Positions 34,470-46,912 of a stretch of 53,914 bases of DNA are shown here, in pieces. The first letter of the stretch is position 1; each line of letters starts with the position of its first letter. The translations under genes were made by a program, and so were the position numbers. A model generated the notes under the pieces. The model saw nothing but the letters and a program-made list of their open reading frames with translations, searched no databases and was not told the origin of the DNA. Source of the DNA: Octopus bimaculoides. Lineage: Eukaryota. Location of the stretch: positions 41,955,349 through 42,009,262 of the forward strand of contig NC_068984.1 of the NCBI RefSeq assembly GCF_001194135.2, given 5' to 3'.

Positions 34470-34600
34470 CTCACTCCAGTCTACTGCAGCTTCTGGATTC
34501 GAGATAATTTTCCTATAAAGAACCTTAATTTCCTGAGATTTTATATCCTGTCCAAATAAAAGACGTAGTTTTTCACTGAACTTGTCGTAAGGAAGATTCT
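34470..34600 (-). CDS. WDR64: WDR64 exon (ENLPYDKFSEKLRLLFGQDIKSQEIKVLYRKIISNPEAAVDWSE)
   Basis: ttttcacag acceptor, GAG|gtaaag donor, phase 1 to 0. Confidence 0.92.
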
Positions 34601-35169
34601 CTGTGAAAATAAACAACAAAAAGCATTAGCCAGAATTTGTAAGTTTGTAATGTTTCAATGACAGCTGCTGTTGGTCATGTGGCTAGTATACAAAACTAGC
34701 CTTTGGCAGATCAACAGTTTGTAAAATTTTATGAGTTGTGTTGAATAAGGCTATGTGTCAACGCACTCAAATCTCTAGGACACAACCAAGTTTACTACAA
34801 TGAAGAACCGTGGAGTAGAACAGTTTACAACTGTAAGAGGTAGAGAGATACAATGAAAACTGGCGTGAGGTTCTTTTGTTTGCTTCACTGTATTCAACTC
34901 CCTCAAAAGAATGGTCTCTGATCAGCTGACCTACTCATGATAGAGAATATGAAAACGAAATCTTCGGTGGAGGAAGAAAGGAAACAGAGTTTTCTTTTTC
35001 TATTTTCTTTCTTTCTTAGTACGGAAAAAAATTGGTCAGTACTGTAACCTAAAGATATCTTTATCATAGTTTACATTAGAAGCCTGTACTTACACACGGT
35101 ACCGTTTACAAATTAGATTAGACAACTGAGCGGTTAGTGACTACCAAAAAACAAAATACAGTTTTCAAA

Positions 35170-36275
35170 GCACCGGAGTAACTGTGTGGAAAGAAACTTG
35201 CTTCCCAACCATAAGGTTTCTGGTTCAGTCCCACTGCATGGCACCTTGGGCAAGTGTCTTCTACTATAGCCTCGGGCCCACCAAGCCTTGTGAGTGGATT
35301 TGGTAGACGGAGACTGAAAGAAGCCCGTCGTATAACCACATGTGAATTGTTGGCGATTTTTTTTTCTCCGTCTTCCTTTTCTCTTGGACTTTCCTCTGTT
35401 TCCTGTTTCTGGAGAAGAGCTTTGCTCGAAACGTAAAGCAACTATCCATTTCCTTCTCCGAGCGTNNNNNNNNNNNNNNNNNNNNNNNNNNNNNNNNNNN
35501 NNNNNNNNNNNNNNNNNNNNNNNNNNNNNNNNNNNNNNNNNNNNNNNNNNNNNNNNNNNNNNNNNNNNNNNNNNNNNNNNNNNNNNNNNNNNNNNNNNNN
35601 NNNNNNNNNNNNNNNNNNNNNNNNNNNNNNNNNNNNNNNNNNNNNNNNNNNNNNNNNNNNNNNNNNNNNNNNNNNNNNNNNNNNNNNNNNNNNNNNNNNN
35701 NNNNNNNNNNNNNNNNNNNNNNNNNNNNNNNNNNNNNNNNNNNNNNNNNNNNNNNNNNNNNNNNNNNNNNNNNNNNNNNNNNNNNNNNNNNNNNNNNNNN
35801 NNNNNNNNNNNNNNNNNNNNNNNNNNNNNNNNNNNNNNNNNNNNNNNNNNNNNNNNNNNNNNNNNNNNNNNNNNNNNNNNNNNNNNNNNNNNNNNNNNNN
35901 NNNNNNNNNNNNNNNNNNNNNNNNNNNNNNNNNNNNNNNNNNNNNNNNNNNNNNNNNNNNNNNNNNNNNNNNNNNNNNNNNNNNNNNNNNNNNNNNNNNN
36001 NNNNNNNNNNNNNNNNNNNNNNNNNNNNNNNNNNNNNNNNNNNNNNNNNNNNNNNNNNNNNNNNNTATATATATATATATATATATCTGTGTGTCTGTGT
36101 TTGTCCCCCCACCATTGCTTGACATCCAATGTTGGTGTGTTTACGTCCACGTAATCTAGCGGTTCGGCAAAAGTAACTGATAGAATACAAAGAAGAAGTC
36201 TTGGGTGTCGATTTGTTCGACTAAAGCCGTTGCCCAGCATAGCCGCAGTCAAATGACTGAAACAAGTAAAAGAAT
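35170..36275 (+). mobile_element. SINE family 2: head 35170-35340, gap, 3' part 36090-36275
   Basis: ggcaccttgggcaagtgtcttctactatagcctcgggc core; the 3' tail gcatagccgcagtcaaatgactgaaacaagtaaaaga is also seen at 32330-32378. Confidence 0.75.
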
Positions 36276-36718
36276 ATAACAAACTAAGATTACCATTCTA
36301 ACAAAATGCTAGTCAGTAAAATCTCAACGATGTGATTCTATATCATATTTAACAACTGGCAAAATTTCGTTGTTTGTACTCACTCACCACCAATACGCAA
36401 TTTCTGGTAATTATCGCAGGATTATTCTATCGAGTCGTGTTGATTTGGTACAGACAACCTCTGTAAAGCAGGTTTAATGTCTGTTTATCTAGAATCTCTA
36501 GATGAATCCTCAGACGTTTTGACCCACTGTTTCATCGGTTCCGCGGCCTAGATTCGATTAAAATCGGTGTATAATACTGGGTGTACAAAGGTCAATATTA
36601 CATTGAATCTATACATGGAGAGATTCTAGCGTGAATGTAAAACGCATTCACATACGACAGCTGAGGTCATCAAGTACATATTTAGTTAGTTACAAAGGAA
36701 TTCAACATAAGCGCGTAC

Positions 36719-36887
36719 CAGCTATCAGCTGTCTTCGATACTCAGAGGTTAATTCACAGCCACTGTACGTCACATCTTTAATGAATGTACGGAATTTCTC
36801 CAGCTGCTTGCGGAAAGAATTATTAGTGTAAGGACGGCGTAATTTAGCTTGCGGCATTGTTTTGGGTGTATCACTTTTCGCCAATAT
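36719..36887 (-). CDS. WDR64: WDR64 first coding exon (likely ATG at 36857: MPQAKLRRPYTNNSFRKQLEKFRTFIKDVT...QLIA)
   Basis: Acceptor ttctttacag, donor G|gtacgc (phase 1). NSFRKQLEKF resembles the WDR64 N-terminus SNFKKALNRF. Confidence 0.8.
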
Positions 36888-36949
36888 CTGTAAAGAAACA
36901 TAGGAAAAACATTAATGATAATACATGGTTACAAATTTATTGAATGATA

Positions 36950-36954
<5 letters not shown>

Positions 36955-37023
<69 letters not shown>

Positions 37024-37060
37024 CAATAATAATAATAATAATAACAACAACAACAACAAT
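36955..37060. repeat. (TAA)n/(CAA)n microsatellite
   Basis: Direct reading. Confidence 0.95.
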
Positions 37061-37622
37061 AATTTTATATACATTAACGAAAGTACGGCAACTATGTTCA
37101 ACATACAAATATCCTAGCAACGATCTAGTGCCAGACAGCCAGGCCAAATCATTTCTTAATTACTGAAAGAAACCTGACGACATAGCTTAACATTTTGAAG
37201 AACAGCGTTAACAAATTAGAAAGGTAATTCTCGCCCGCTTTAAAGCTGCAACAAAAACTGACATGAAAACATGAAAATAAAACTAGAGTCTATCAGGAAA
37301 TATATACCCAAGAAATCTTTGAAACATCGATATAATTTGGAAATATGCTCCTCCAAAAGGACTAAAGAAATAAACCTTAATATCTGTACTTAATATTATA
37401 GATTGTGCGGCTTAACAGAAAAATATATATCACGCTACTATTTATAACTTTAATTGCTTCGAGACTCACCGTTCCTGAAAAGAATTATTTTGCGTTCCCG
37501 AAGTTTATCAATTCTAATGATATATATGCATGTTTATAATATACATATACATACATACATACATGCATGCATACATACATACATACATACATACATTATA
37601 TATATATATATATAATTATATT

Positions 37623-37678
<56 letters not shown>

Positions 37679-38419
37679 NNNNNNNNNNNNNNNNNNNCAT
37701 ATATATCTATATATATATATATATACATACATATGAAATAATATTATTATGGAAGCAACACAGGTGAAGTCTAAAAGAACATAATTGAAATACGCATCCA
37801 AAACTTATGTAAATACATATATTCTCAATAGAATGGACATAAAATTCCAAAATACACAAATATATATAAACAGACAATATCAATGCAATGCATAAAACAC
37901 GATTTAATTTAAATAAGAACATATTTGTAATTAAATAAGAACATATCATTTGTAATTACATTTAAAATCGTACATTGTATGATGAAATTAAAAATTTAAC
38001 TTGAAAGGATTAAGTATTAAAGACATTAAAACCAACGAAAGAAAAAAATATAAGCATCACATCTACGGGTCGTTTCAGAGATGTGCCAAGGAAGATGACA
38101 TATTTCATATTATTAATCACATTGCCGCTGACGGTGGACCGGCCCGGTATGTAGATGTATTTATGAACTTAGTGTAACATCCTGATGAGGAGAGTACCTT
38201 GATTAATAATATGAAATATGTCATATTCCTTGTATTAGCAACTTACTGTTTTACAAAGTAAACAACATCACAAATAACTACGCAGTGACAGCCATGGTTC
38301 GAACAAGAACAAGAACAACAAGCATTATCCAAAGGGAAAAGAAGCATGGTCATTCCATACCCAAGAGACTTTATCTTATCGCCCATCACTTGTTATGCGC
38401 TCATAAATTAGTTTGATAG

Positions 38420-38515
38420 TTGAGCTCTGATTGGCTGTATGCAAATGAGTTCAAAACTGGTGTCCGGAACTCTCGTGGGAAATAAAATTTCGCGAGCGGG
38501 ACGCCGTTTCCTCGT
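38420..38515 (-). promoter_or_regulatory. Promoter-like motif cluster (CCAAT, octamer ATGCAAAT, CCGGAA, TTTCGCG)
   Basis: CpG-richer patch 1.5 kb upstream of the WDR64 first coding exon; minus-strand donor gtaagt at 38246. Confidence 0.4.
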
Positions 38516-38519
38516 AGAA

Positions 38520-38680
38520 TTACTCACTTTTGACAACTGAATGGATTGGAGCCATGTGAAGTGAAACGATTTGTTCGAGAACACAAAGCATCGTCCGGTC
38601 CATGAATCGAAACCACAATCATACGATCATGGGTGCATCACCCTAAACGCTACACTAAACCACTCGCCTCCACACGCAAG
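38520..38680 (-). mobile_element. tRNA-derived SINE head (family 3-like)
   Basis: The minus strand reads ggaggcgagtggtttagtg...gtggtttcgattc.tggaccgg with A/B-box-like motifs. Confidence 0.65.
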
Positions 38681-39851
38681 CACACACGCACACACACACA
38701 TACACATACATATATACATATATATATATATTTGTACATGTGTTTGTGTGTGTGTAAATTTGCATACTGCCTCGCAACCCCTGTCACTAGTATTTTAAAT
38801 TGGCCTGTTGATCGGTAACATGATATAATTACCTAATTATGACAAATATTTATTCATGTTAAGATCTGTTTGGAATATATGTCCAACATCAAAAACCACA
38901 AAACGAATGAAAATAAGAGAATGAAACAAAAAAAAAAAAAAAAAAAAAAAAAACAAACAAAAAAACTCTGCTGTCCTCTAATGTGTAAGATAAATCATCT
39001 GAAATTATAGACATTGCGACACAAGACATGAACTGTTTGCTTAATTTGTGTCACATGGTCTCTCATTTTAGTACCGACACACATCAAAGATATCCGTCAT
39101 CGCAATTACAGTTATTTTATTAGGTTCTTTCTCTAATAGTCTCGGTTTTTCTCTCACTCTCTCCTCCACTTCTCTCGTTTTCTTCTTTTTTGTCTTTGCT
39201 CCGCCCTGCATATTTCCCCATCCCTGTCTATAAGAGTCGGACATGTACGCGCCGTGCGCTATTTAATTGTTATTTTTGCTGTCGTTTAACCCCCAGCCAA
39301 CCATGATGAGTGGACATATTCTCGTAAATGTTTCAGCTATCGCCATCCTAACTTTTCGAACAGGAAATAATATTGATTAGTGTGTCATTTTTTTTTTTGC
39401 CTTTTTGGACAGAGGGTGTGATTTAAAGGAGACGTGGCTTCCATCTTTAGTGATTCGATCCTTCACTGGAAAACATTAGTGATGCTTGGTGTTGATTAAA
39501 ATGAATTTAGTTGACAATTCGAATAAATTTGTATTTCTTGATGGGATGATAGAACACAGACCTTCTGTCGGAAAGAGAAACATGTCTTTTAATGTTTATC
39601 GTAGCAAAATGCATGTGGGATTGAGTTATGTTCATGGGATGGAAACAGTTAAGAGCAAATAAAGGTGGCATGAGTAAGCAAGCAAATGTACATAAACTCT
39701 TAAATCGTTGCAACATTTTAGCACCCACCTTCGGCCTGGAATTGCTTTCAGTGTCTGTATGACTCCTAAGTACCGTTCCTCCCAATATTTTCTCATCACT
39801 TCGTCCATTGATTTCCCGTTAATACTCTTTTTGACTGGTTAACACTTTCAA

Positions 39852-40118
39852 CCATAACCTTCCCTCATATGCCAAAGCTACACATTAAAAGCTAACTTAA
39901 ACATTTTTAAAGTCTCGCTGACGAAGTGCTTCTCCCGAGATGTCAGTACATATGTTGAATTTTTGGGGGGTAAAGCTCATAAATGTAAATAAGTTCGAAT
40001 ATCATGGGAAGACGAGTGTACTGACGTTTCGGGAGAAGCACTTCGTCAGAAAGACTTTTAAAATGTTTAAGCTAACTTTTAACGTGTAGCTTTGGCGTAT
40101 GAGGGAAGATTATGGTTG
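39852..40118. mobile_element. Fold-back element (about 100-bp arms) with Penelope-end-like CTGACGA...CGAAACGTC motif
   Basis: 39852-39950 is the near reverse complement of 40017-40118. Confidence 0.8.
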
Positions 40119-40539
40119 TATGTATGTGTGTGTGTGTTGACTAATGACAGAAATGATCCTCAAAATTGTTTAATAAAATGTAAGTGCAATCCTTGAAAGG
40201 TTAGTTTGTTATTTTCATTGGCAAGTGTGTACATTTCTTAGAGATATTTCTAGGTCTCTCTGGTGAGATGATAATAATTCTCCAGTTAATCAATGAAATT
40301 CATTTGCGTTAGATATCACTGAGTTGTAAAACTGACTTGATTGTCTGTTGTTAATAAGGTTAACACTGCAATTAATTTAAACATTCACAAACGAAATTAT
40401 TTCGATTATACACGTTGAAGAAACCTTAATTATGTCTCATCCAATTGAAATACCATTTTTAGTTGTCATAGTAACTTGATTTGGTATACATTTACGCCAT
40501 TCATTCTTTCCTTTTCTCTCTATGCTTTTTACTGTCTCT

Positions 40540-41000
40540 TTAATGCTTGATCTTTCTCAAGATCTCATCTTTTCTATTAAACATATTTTCACCCACAAAG
40601 GAGCCTCTATCTGGTCATTTGACCTGCTTGAAATATTTATCAAATTTCCCTCAAATATTAAAGAAAATGAAGAACAGTATGTTTGGTAATAGAATATATG
40701 GTGTTCGGGGTAATTTGACGATTGTTTACGTCTTCTTTTACAGGAACAGCTTCATGTATTGGAGAATAGTCAACTGCTTTGGAGAGCATAAAGATTAGAG
40801 ATGTGCTGAAGAAAAGTTAGCTGACATGGAAGAATGGAAGCCATCTGAATATTGGGAAAAAGTTACCTGTACCATGATGATTCGCGTCGGATATCGAAAT
40901 GCCAGCGTTATATGTGCTGCCCAGTGTTCTATGAACACTGTAAAGGCAGTAAGACATAAGATGGACAACTGCAACATGAAATATCTCGAAGATTCTTAGT
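40540..41000 (+). mobile_element. Possible 5' part of a Tc1/mariner-type DNA transposon
   Basis: Short ORF from about 40826, MEEWKPSEYWEKVTCTMMIRVGYRNASVICAAQCSMNTVKAVRHKMDNC, resembles an HTH-type transposase N-terminus recalled from octopus repeats; no TIR located. Confidence 0.4.
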
Positions 41001-41239
41001 ATAAATCTTAAAACTTCCATAGTACTTGATGAAGCGAGCTTCCATACTGGGACAACCCTTCTTCTTCGGCTTTTTGAGCTAAGTGTAAAGAATTTCTAAC
41101 TAATGTTTAGTACACACTTTAGACACGTCTGGTGAAATCTCTCCAATATTTTATTGTGATATCAAAACGGTTAAATGAATCAGGGATGTAAAGACGCAAG
41201 CAACAGAGATGCAAAGCTTGACGATGTGTTCCAAGTCTA

Positions 41240-41364
41240 TGTATGTATGTGAGCATGTATGTATGTATGTATGCATGTATCTATAAACATATTTATGTGT
41301 ATATACATATATGTATTATATAGGCATGCATATATACATATATATATATATACATACATATATG

Positions 41365-41458
<94 letters not shown>

Positions 41459-41460
41459 TA
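41240..41460. repeat. Compound TATG/TA/(CT)n/(CA)n microsatellite
   Basis: Direct reading. Confidence 0.9.
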
Positions 41461-41888
41461 TATACTTTATTAAAAAACGGCAAAATTATTACAAAAACTG
41501 CTACTCAGAGTTTCACGTTCCCGTTCGAACCTTGTTTCGAATTTAAGTGCTTACTCTAGTGTATATATATNNNNNNNNNNNNNNNNNNNNNNNNNNNNNN
41601 NNNNNNNNNNNNNNNNNNNNNNNNNNNNNNNNNNNNNNNNNNNNNNNNNNNNNNNNNNNNNNNNNNNNNNNNNNNNNNNNNNNNNNNNNNNNNNNNNNNN
41701 NNNNNNNNNNNNNNNNNNNNNNNNNNNNNNNNNNNNNNNNNNNNNNNNNNNNNNNNNNNNNNNNNNNNNNNNNNNNNNNNNNNNNNNNNNNNNNNNNNNN
41801 NNNNNNNNNNNNNNNNNNNNNNNNNNNNNNNNNNNNNNNNNNNNNNNNNNNNNNNNNNNNNNNNNNNNNGATCTCACACATACATATA

Positions 41889-41919
<31 letters not shown>

Positions 41920-42344
41920 TTATATTTATATATATGTGTGTTTGTGTATGAGTATCTACATGCAAGTGTAAAAGAGGTGAGCGATGTATAAATAAAGGAA
42001 TTCAGAGATGGAGACATATATAGGGAGAGGGTTGTGAACTATAAGAAAACGAAAAAAATTTGTACTTACATATCTTAATATGTTGATACGTTCAATAATA
42101 TTTCAGTCGTCTGCATTGCTCAGACATTCATAACTAAAATAACGCCACCCAAAAGACCTTTCCTTGTAATCTTCTTTCTTCCTTTCTTTCTTTTCCACTC
42201 CATTTCTATTTACTATATTTTCTTATCTCCTCCATATCCCCTTCCCAGTAATCCACCGGCTTAAATTTCACCTCCCCTCTACCTTCATATTCCGCCTGTG
42301 TCTTGGCAATTTATATCAAGACGGGTCAAAGTTCAAGCCATTAT

Positions 42345-42622
42345 GTATGTATGTATGTATGTATGTATGTATGTATGTATGGATGGATGGATGGATGGAT
42401 GTATGTATGTATGTATGTATGTATGGATGGATGGATGGAAATCTGTGTGGCTTGGTAAGTGTGTTGGGCTCACAAATATAAGCTTGTGCGTTCGATTCCT
42501 TGACTACTGGACTCCCGGACTGAATACATGTCATTCTTTTTGTAAGACACATTTTATATTGCCCCAGTCTACTCAGCCAAAAAATGTACCAGCCGAATAA
42601 TGGTGCAGTCCTCTCTCTCTCT

Positions 42623-42667
<45 letters not shown>

Positions 42668-42810
42668 TCTCTCTCTCTCTTTCCTTCTCTCTCTTTCCTT
42701 TTCTCTCTCCCACTCTCTCTCTCTCTCTCTTTTTCCTTCTCTCTCTCTCTCTCCTTTTCCTTCTCTCTCTCTCTTTTTCCTTCTCTCTCTCCCACTCTCT
42801 CTCTCACTCT
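42345..42810. repeat. (TATG)n/(GGAT)n block, a SINE head fragment (42445-42540) and a long degenerate (CT)n tract
   Basis: Direct reading. Confidence 0.85.
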
Positions 42811-43369
42811 CTGTCTTCCCATCAGTGACATTCTGGATGTCCCGCTGGTGAAAGATGGAAGGGCTGAGAGGGTATAAATGTCTGCTCGCGACTACACAGG
42901 CACTTTAAAACAATTATAGTGAAAGCAGCGTATATTCTATCAAATGATCCTCAATTTGAGTGGTGGTGGCCAATATATACAGGCATGATTGGATGAATGT
43001 ACGCACGAATGCATGCATCTATGTATGTAATTGCTTCTTTTGAGAGTAATTTTAATTCTTCTGATTTCAAGGCGCCTTGCTAAAAATGTGACAAAGTATA
43101 TTCTTGCTAAGTGGAGAAGTGTTCCAGGGATTTGTGGATATACGAATCAGTGGGAACTTATGAACAGACATATATGTGGATATTCTTGCATTTATATAAT
43201 GGGTATGTATGTTGCTTTAGTATACGAGTGTGTGTTTGCTAATATTTTATGTATGTGTATGCATGTTCTCAAGGAGGAGGATGCATCTCCCCTTTACAAC
43301 CAACAGAGAAAAGAAATATGGAATGCTCGTGTTAACAAGACTGAATACAGCAAGACATATTTTCGCTGT

Positions 43370-43590
43370 AGTGGTTTCAAATTTTGGCACGAGACCAGCA
43401 AGTTTGTGGGGTGGGGATAAGTCGATTACATCAACCCCAATGCTCAACAGGTACTTATTTTATCGACCCTGAAAGGATGAAAGGCAAAGTCGACCTCGGC
43501 AGAATTTGAACTCAGAACCTAAAGACAGACGAAATGGCGCTAAGCATTTTGTCCGGCGTAATAACGATTAGGCCATTACGCCGCCTCATA
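43370..43590 (-). mobile_element. SINE family 1, near full length
   Basis: Same head and core. Confidence 0.88.
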
Positions 43591-43639
43591 GCTTCCCTGT
43601 AGTAATAACTTCGATAATATTCGAAGTTAACATATTAGG

Positions 43640-44590
43640 CAGACAGTTGCTAAATTTTGCGATCCTGGACTTGCCTTGCCTGCCTTGGTACTGCAAATGC
43701 AGCTAACTCCAGTAGAACATTTTTCTTTTCTCTCCTAAACAACATCAGATCTGTTGTTTGGACTTGGTGGAAGTTTTGATTTGAATGTTTCACCAATGTT
43801 CCTTGTGATGACATGTACTCAATAACAGGAGAATTGTCTACATTTATATCAGTACAGTCAACAAATGTCATTGTATTTTAGTAGACATGGGAATAATACC
43901 TTGATAATATTTTGGGCAGCTACTGATCACGTTTCATATCTTCCAAAGATCAATATTTTAAGTCGTATCGCAAACGTATAAGGGATTCCCTATGTTTTTT
44001 TTAATTTTTTTTTATTTGGTATTTCGTTGATATCTCCTGCTCTTTGGTTGCAAAAACGTACCTTTTGAAAAGTGACTTGATGTAACAGTCACTAGTCCAA
44101 GAAAGTTTAGACTTCATGTAAATACTAGCTTCATTAGGTGAACGTTTTTGTGAAGTGTAGAATGCTTTTTTATTTTTCAATTCTCTGAGGTACGCTAAGC
44201 CATCAGTTCTGTTATCATAAACGAAATTCTTGGGGATTCTACCAACCCGTCGGATATTGTTCTTTTCACATTTGAGCACTTGGATAATATATTCATTTTT
44301 GCTAGCGTTGTTTAGCAGACGTTGTTTGAGTGATACCATACGATGCATAAAGGCTATCTTCACTAATCTTCAGCCTCATGAACCCCCTCTTTTTTCTAAG
44401 ACAGTACCTGCTAATATAATTGTTTATGCTTGATAATCTTATGCTTGATATCAGGATGTCGTGGGTTTTAATATCTATAGAGTTTATATCCTCTATGCAG
44501 TAATCAAGTTTCCGAAATGTTGGTATCAGTACTGTTACTTCAAACGCATAGTTGGATATTAACATGTAAGAGTAAAGCTGCAAGCGCCAT
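43640..44590 (-). mobile_element. Degenerate R4/Dong-like non-LTR element, post-RT region to RLE
   Basis: VLIPTF..LD..IEDI..IDIKT, FATKEQEISTKY, VISSCPK, DLMLF.R.KK.VLLEL across several frames. Confidence 0.7.
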
Positions 44591-45494
44591 ATGAAACATT
44601 GTAGTGATAAGATGGAGTAAGAAAAGGGATCGTCCTATTACTGTCATAAAATTCGACCGCTTGAACTCTACTGTTTAGCCCTTGATTGTCTTTAGTAGAT
44701 ATTTGACAGCTTTTTTGAGGAAATCCACTCTATGATTTGTTAAAACCTGCAAAATCCTAACATCAACTATATCTATGTATATACTAGCAATTATTCAGCC
44801 CATGTCTCTTGTCTAAGAAGAGTTTCTTCCTTTTTCCTCCAACAAAGGCTCTTTGAGTGAGCCGTTGACTTTTTATTTTACATTTCCTGCGTAAGTAAAA
44901 AAAATTGAATAATTATTTCTGACTATTGCAATAGATACTAATATTTAGTTTGTCGACCCTGGTTAAATCAAACACGGTGCAATTTGATCTTAGCTAGTCG
45001 TAATTAACCCTATCTATTAATGAGTGATCATGGACATTTCATAGTTACTTTGAAAACTAGTAGATTGTTCGATATTTATACATAGTTTTTTTTTTGTGAA
45101 ATTGTAATTTTTCGAAGGCATTTGGTTTTCGACACGGTGTAAAGTTGATAAAAGGAATACTGGAGGCACAGTCTCACTATATTCTTTATTATACAATTAT
45201 TTCTTCTATCTTCAAAGCTGTTACCGAATTTTATGCCAAAAAGTGAACAAGCTTCAGAAAAAGCTACAGGAGAAACATCCATGTGAATATACTGGTTCAC
45301 GAAGAAATGGTGCAACTTTCTGAAATTTTGTCCGTCAAAGTTTGTTTAGTTTTACTGAAAATGTTAAGCGTATTGGAAACTGATCTCTCCAAAACGGAAG
45401 CCGAACTCGGCAAATTTTGTTTCATGAAAGTAAAAGTTTTTATCCTGATTATGCATAATTAATTAACTCCATTTCCCTGCAGGTATTGCTTAAG

Positions 45495-45880
45495 GTGTGG
45501 AGACGCAATGGCCCAGTGGTTAGGGCAGCGGACTCGTTGTCATAGGATCGCGGTTTCGATTCCCAGACCGCGCGTTGTGAGTGTTTATTGAGCGAAAACA
45601 CCTAAAGCTCCACGAGGCTCCGGCAGGGGATGGTGGCGAACCCTGCTGTACTCCTCCACCACAACTTTCTCTCACACTTTCTTCTTGTTTTTCTTGTGCC
45701 TGTAATTCAAAGGGTCAGCCTTGTCACACTGTGTCACGCTAAATATCCCCGAGAACTACGTTAAGGGCATACGTGTCTGTGGAGTGCTCAGCCACTTGCA
45801 CGTTAATTTCACGAGCAGGTTGTTCTGTTGATCAGAAAAACTGGAATCCTCGGCGTCGTAAGCGACGCAGTGCTAACGAA
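45495..45880 (+). mobile_element. Well-preserved, apparently full-length tRNA-derived SINE (family 3)
   Basis: A-box TGGCCCAGTGG, B-box GGTTTCGATTCC, GC-rich body with gccacttgcacgttaatttc core. Confidence 0.8.
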
Positions 45881-46181
45881 CGATTGCGTAGGTTAGTCTT
45901 CTTCGTTCAGATTCTTTTGCATAATCCTTGTTGAAGGGATATATTTTGTTAAAACATTACATATATTGTAAACGTTTTAAACTATCTTAACCATAGAACG
46001 AAATCGTAGACATAATCTCTTTTTACATAATATTGTTCTGCACCCGTCCAACTATGATTAGAGCGATTCAACAAATCTTAAAACGCTGCATTCCATGCGT
46101 CATGTCAAAAAGTACATTGAGCTGGACGTGAAGTCATAGTTCCAGTGAGCAAAGTAGAGTAGCTGATCCACTTAGCAGTAG

Positions 46182-46185
<4 letters not shown>

Positions 46186-46254
<69 letters not shown>

Positions 46255-46280
46255 CACACACACAAATACACTCACACAGA
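46186..46280. repeat. (CA)n microsatellite
   Basis: Direct reading. Similar CA/GT/TA arrays lie at 18197-18245, 30471-30503, 37540-37730, 47380-47455 and 53870-53914. Confidence 0.95.
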
Positions 46281-46899
46281 CACACGCGCGTACGTATGTA
46301 TGTCACTTAATTTAAAACATAGGAATAATACAGAAAATATAAAGAGGTTGTATCTGTATTAGATTATGTTAAGTAATTCCTTAATTTACTGGTCAATTAA
46401 ACGACAGCTAATATAGCTGTTCCGTATTCAGTAAGTTACACCTTGAATTTCGTTTCATAATTAAAGTGCAATTTCTTTTTCTTGAAGTGATAAATGCATG
46501 GCCAGCAGCAGAATATTATTGCAGATTGACAGGCATCAGAAGTGAAGTGACATTATTTTAGGCTGGAATTTGAAGTGCTCTTGACTTCACTTCCTAAGAG
46601 CTTACTTCTACCCTACGATAATTTCTTTTCTCATTTGATGTAATTCGATCTAGAAATAGCGTGCCTAATTAAGCCTAATTTTCGCATAAGTTTAATGTTT
46701 TATTTTAATACATGCCCCTTCCCTCTCGTTCTGTTCGCCATTCCACCGCCACTTGCTGTAACAGGAGCATGAACTTACAAGTATTTGAAGTGACAGTCTC
46801 TCAAAGTTATAATGCTTGTACAGATGATAAGAGGTTTAAAGTTTCATTAAAAGAGTCATTAATTCCAAGCATGTCAATAGGTCACAGGTGTTCTGCTCT

Positions 46900-46912
46900 G
46901 TTTCTTGGCAAC
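46900..46912. promoter_or_regulatory. X-box-like motif GTTTCTTGGCAAC flanked by splice donors on both strands
   Basis: Minus donor GTAAGT at 46778; plus donor CAG|GTAAGA at 46931. Confidence 0.35.

Noticed and set aside
38521-38530. GTGAGT donor on the minus strand as the WDR64 first-exon donor
   Set aside because: It is part of a SINE body.
45495-45570. Functional tRNA gene
   Set aside because: No closing acceptor stem; it continues into a SINE body.
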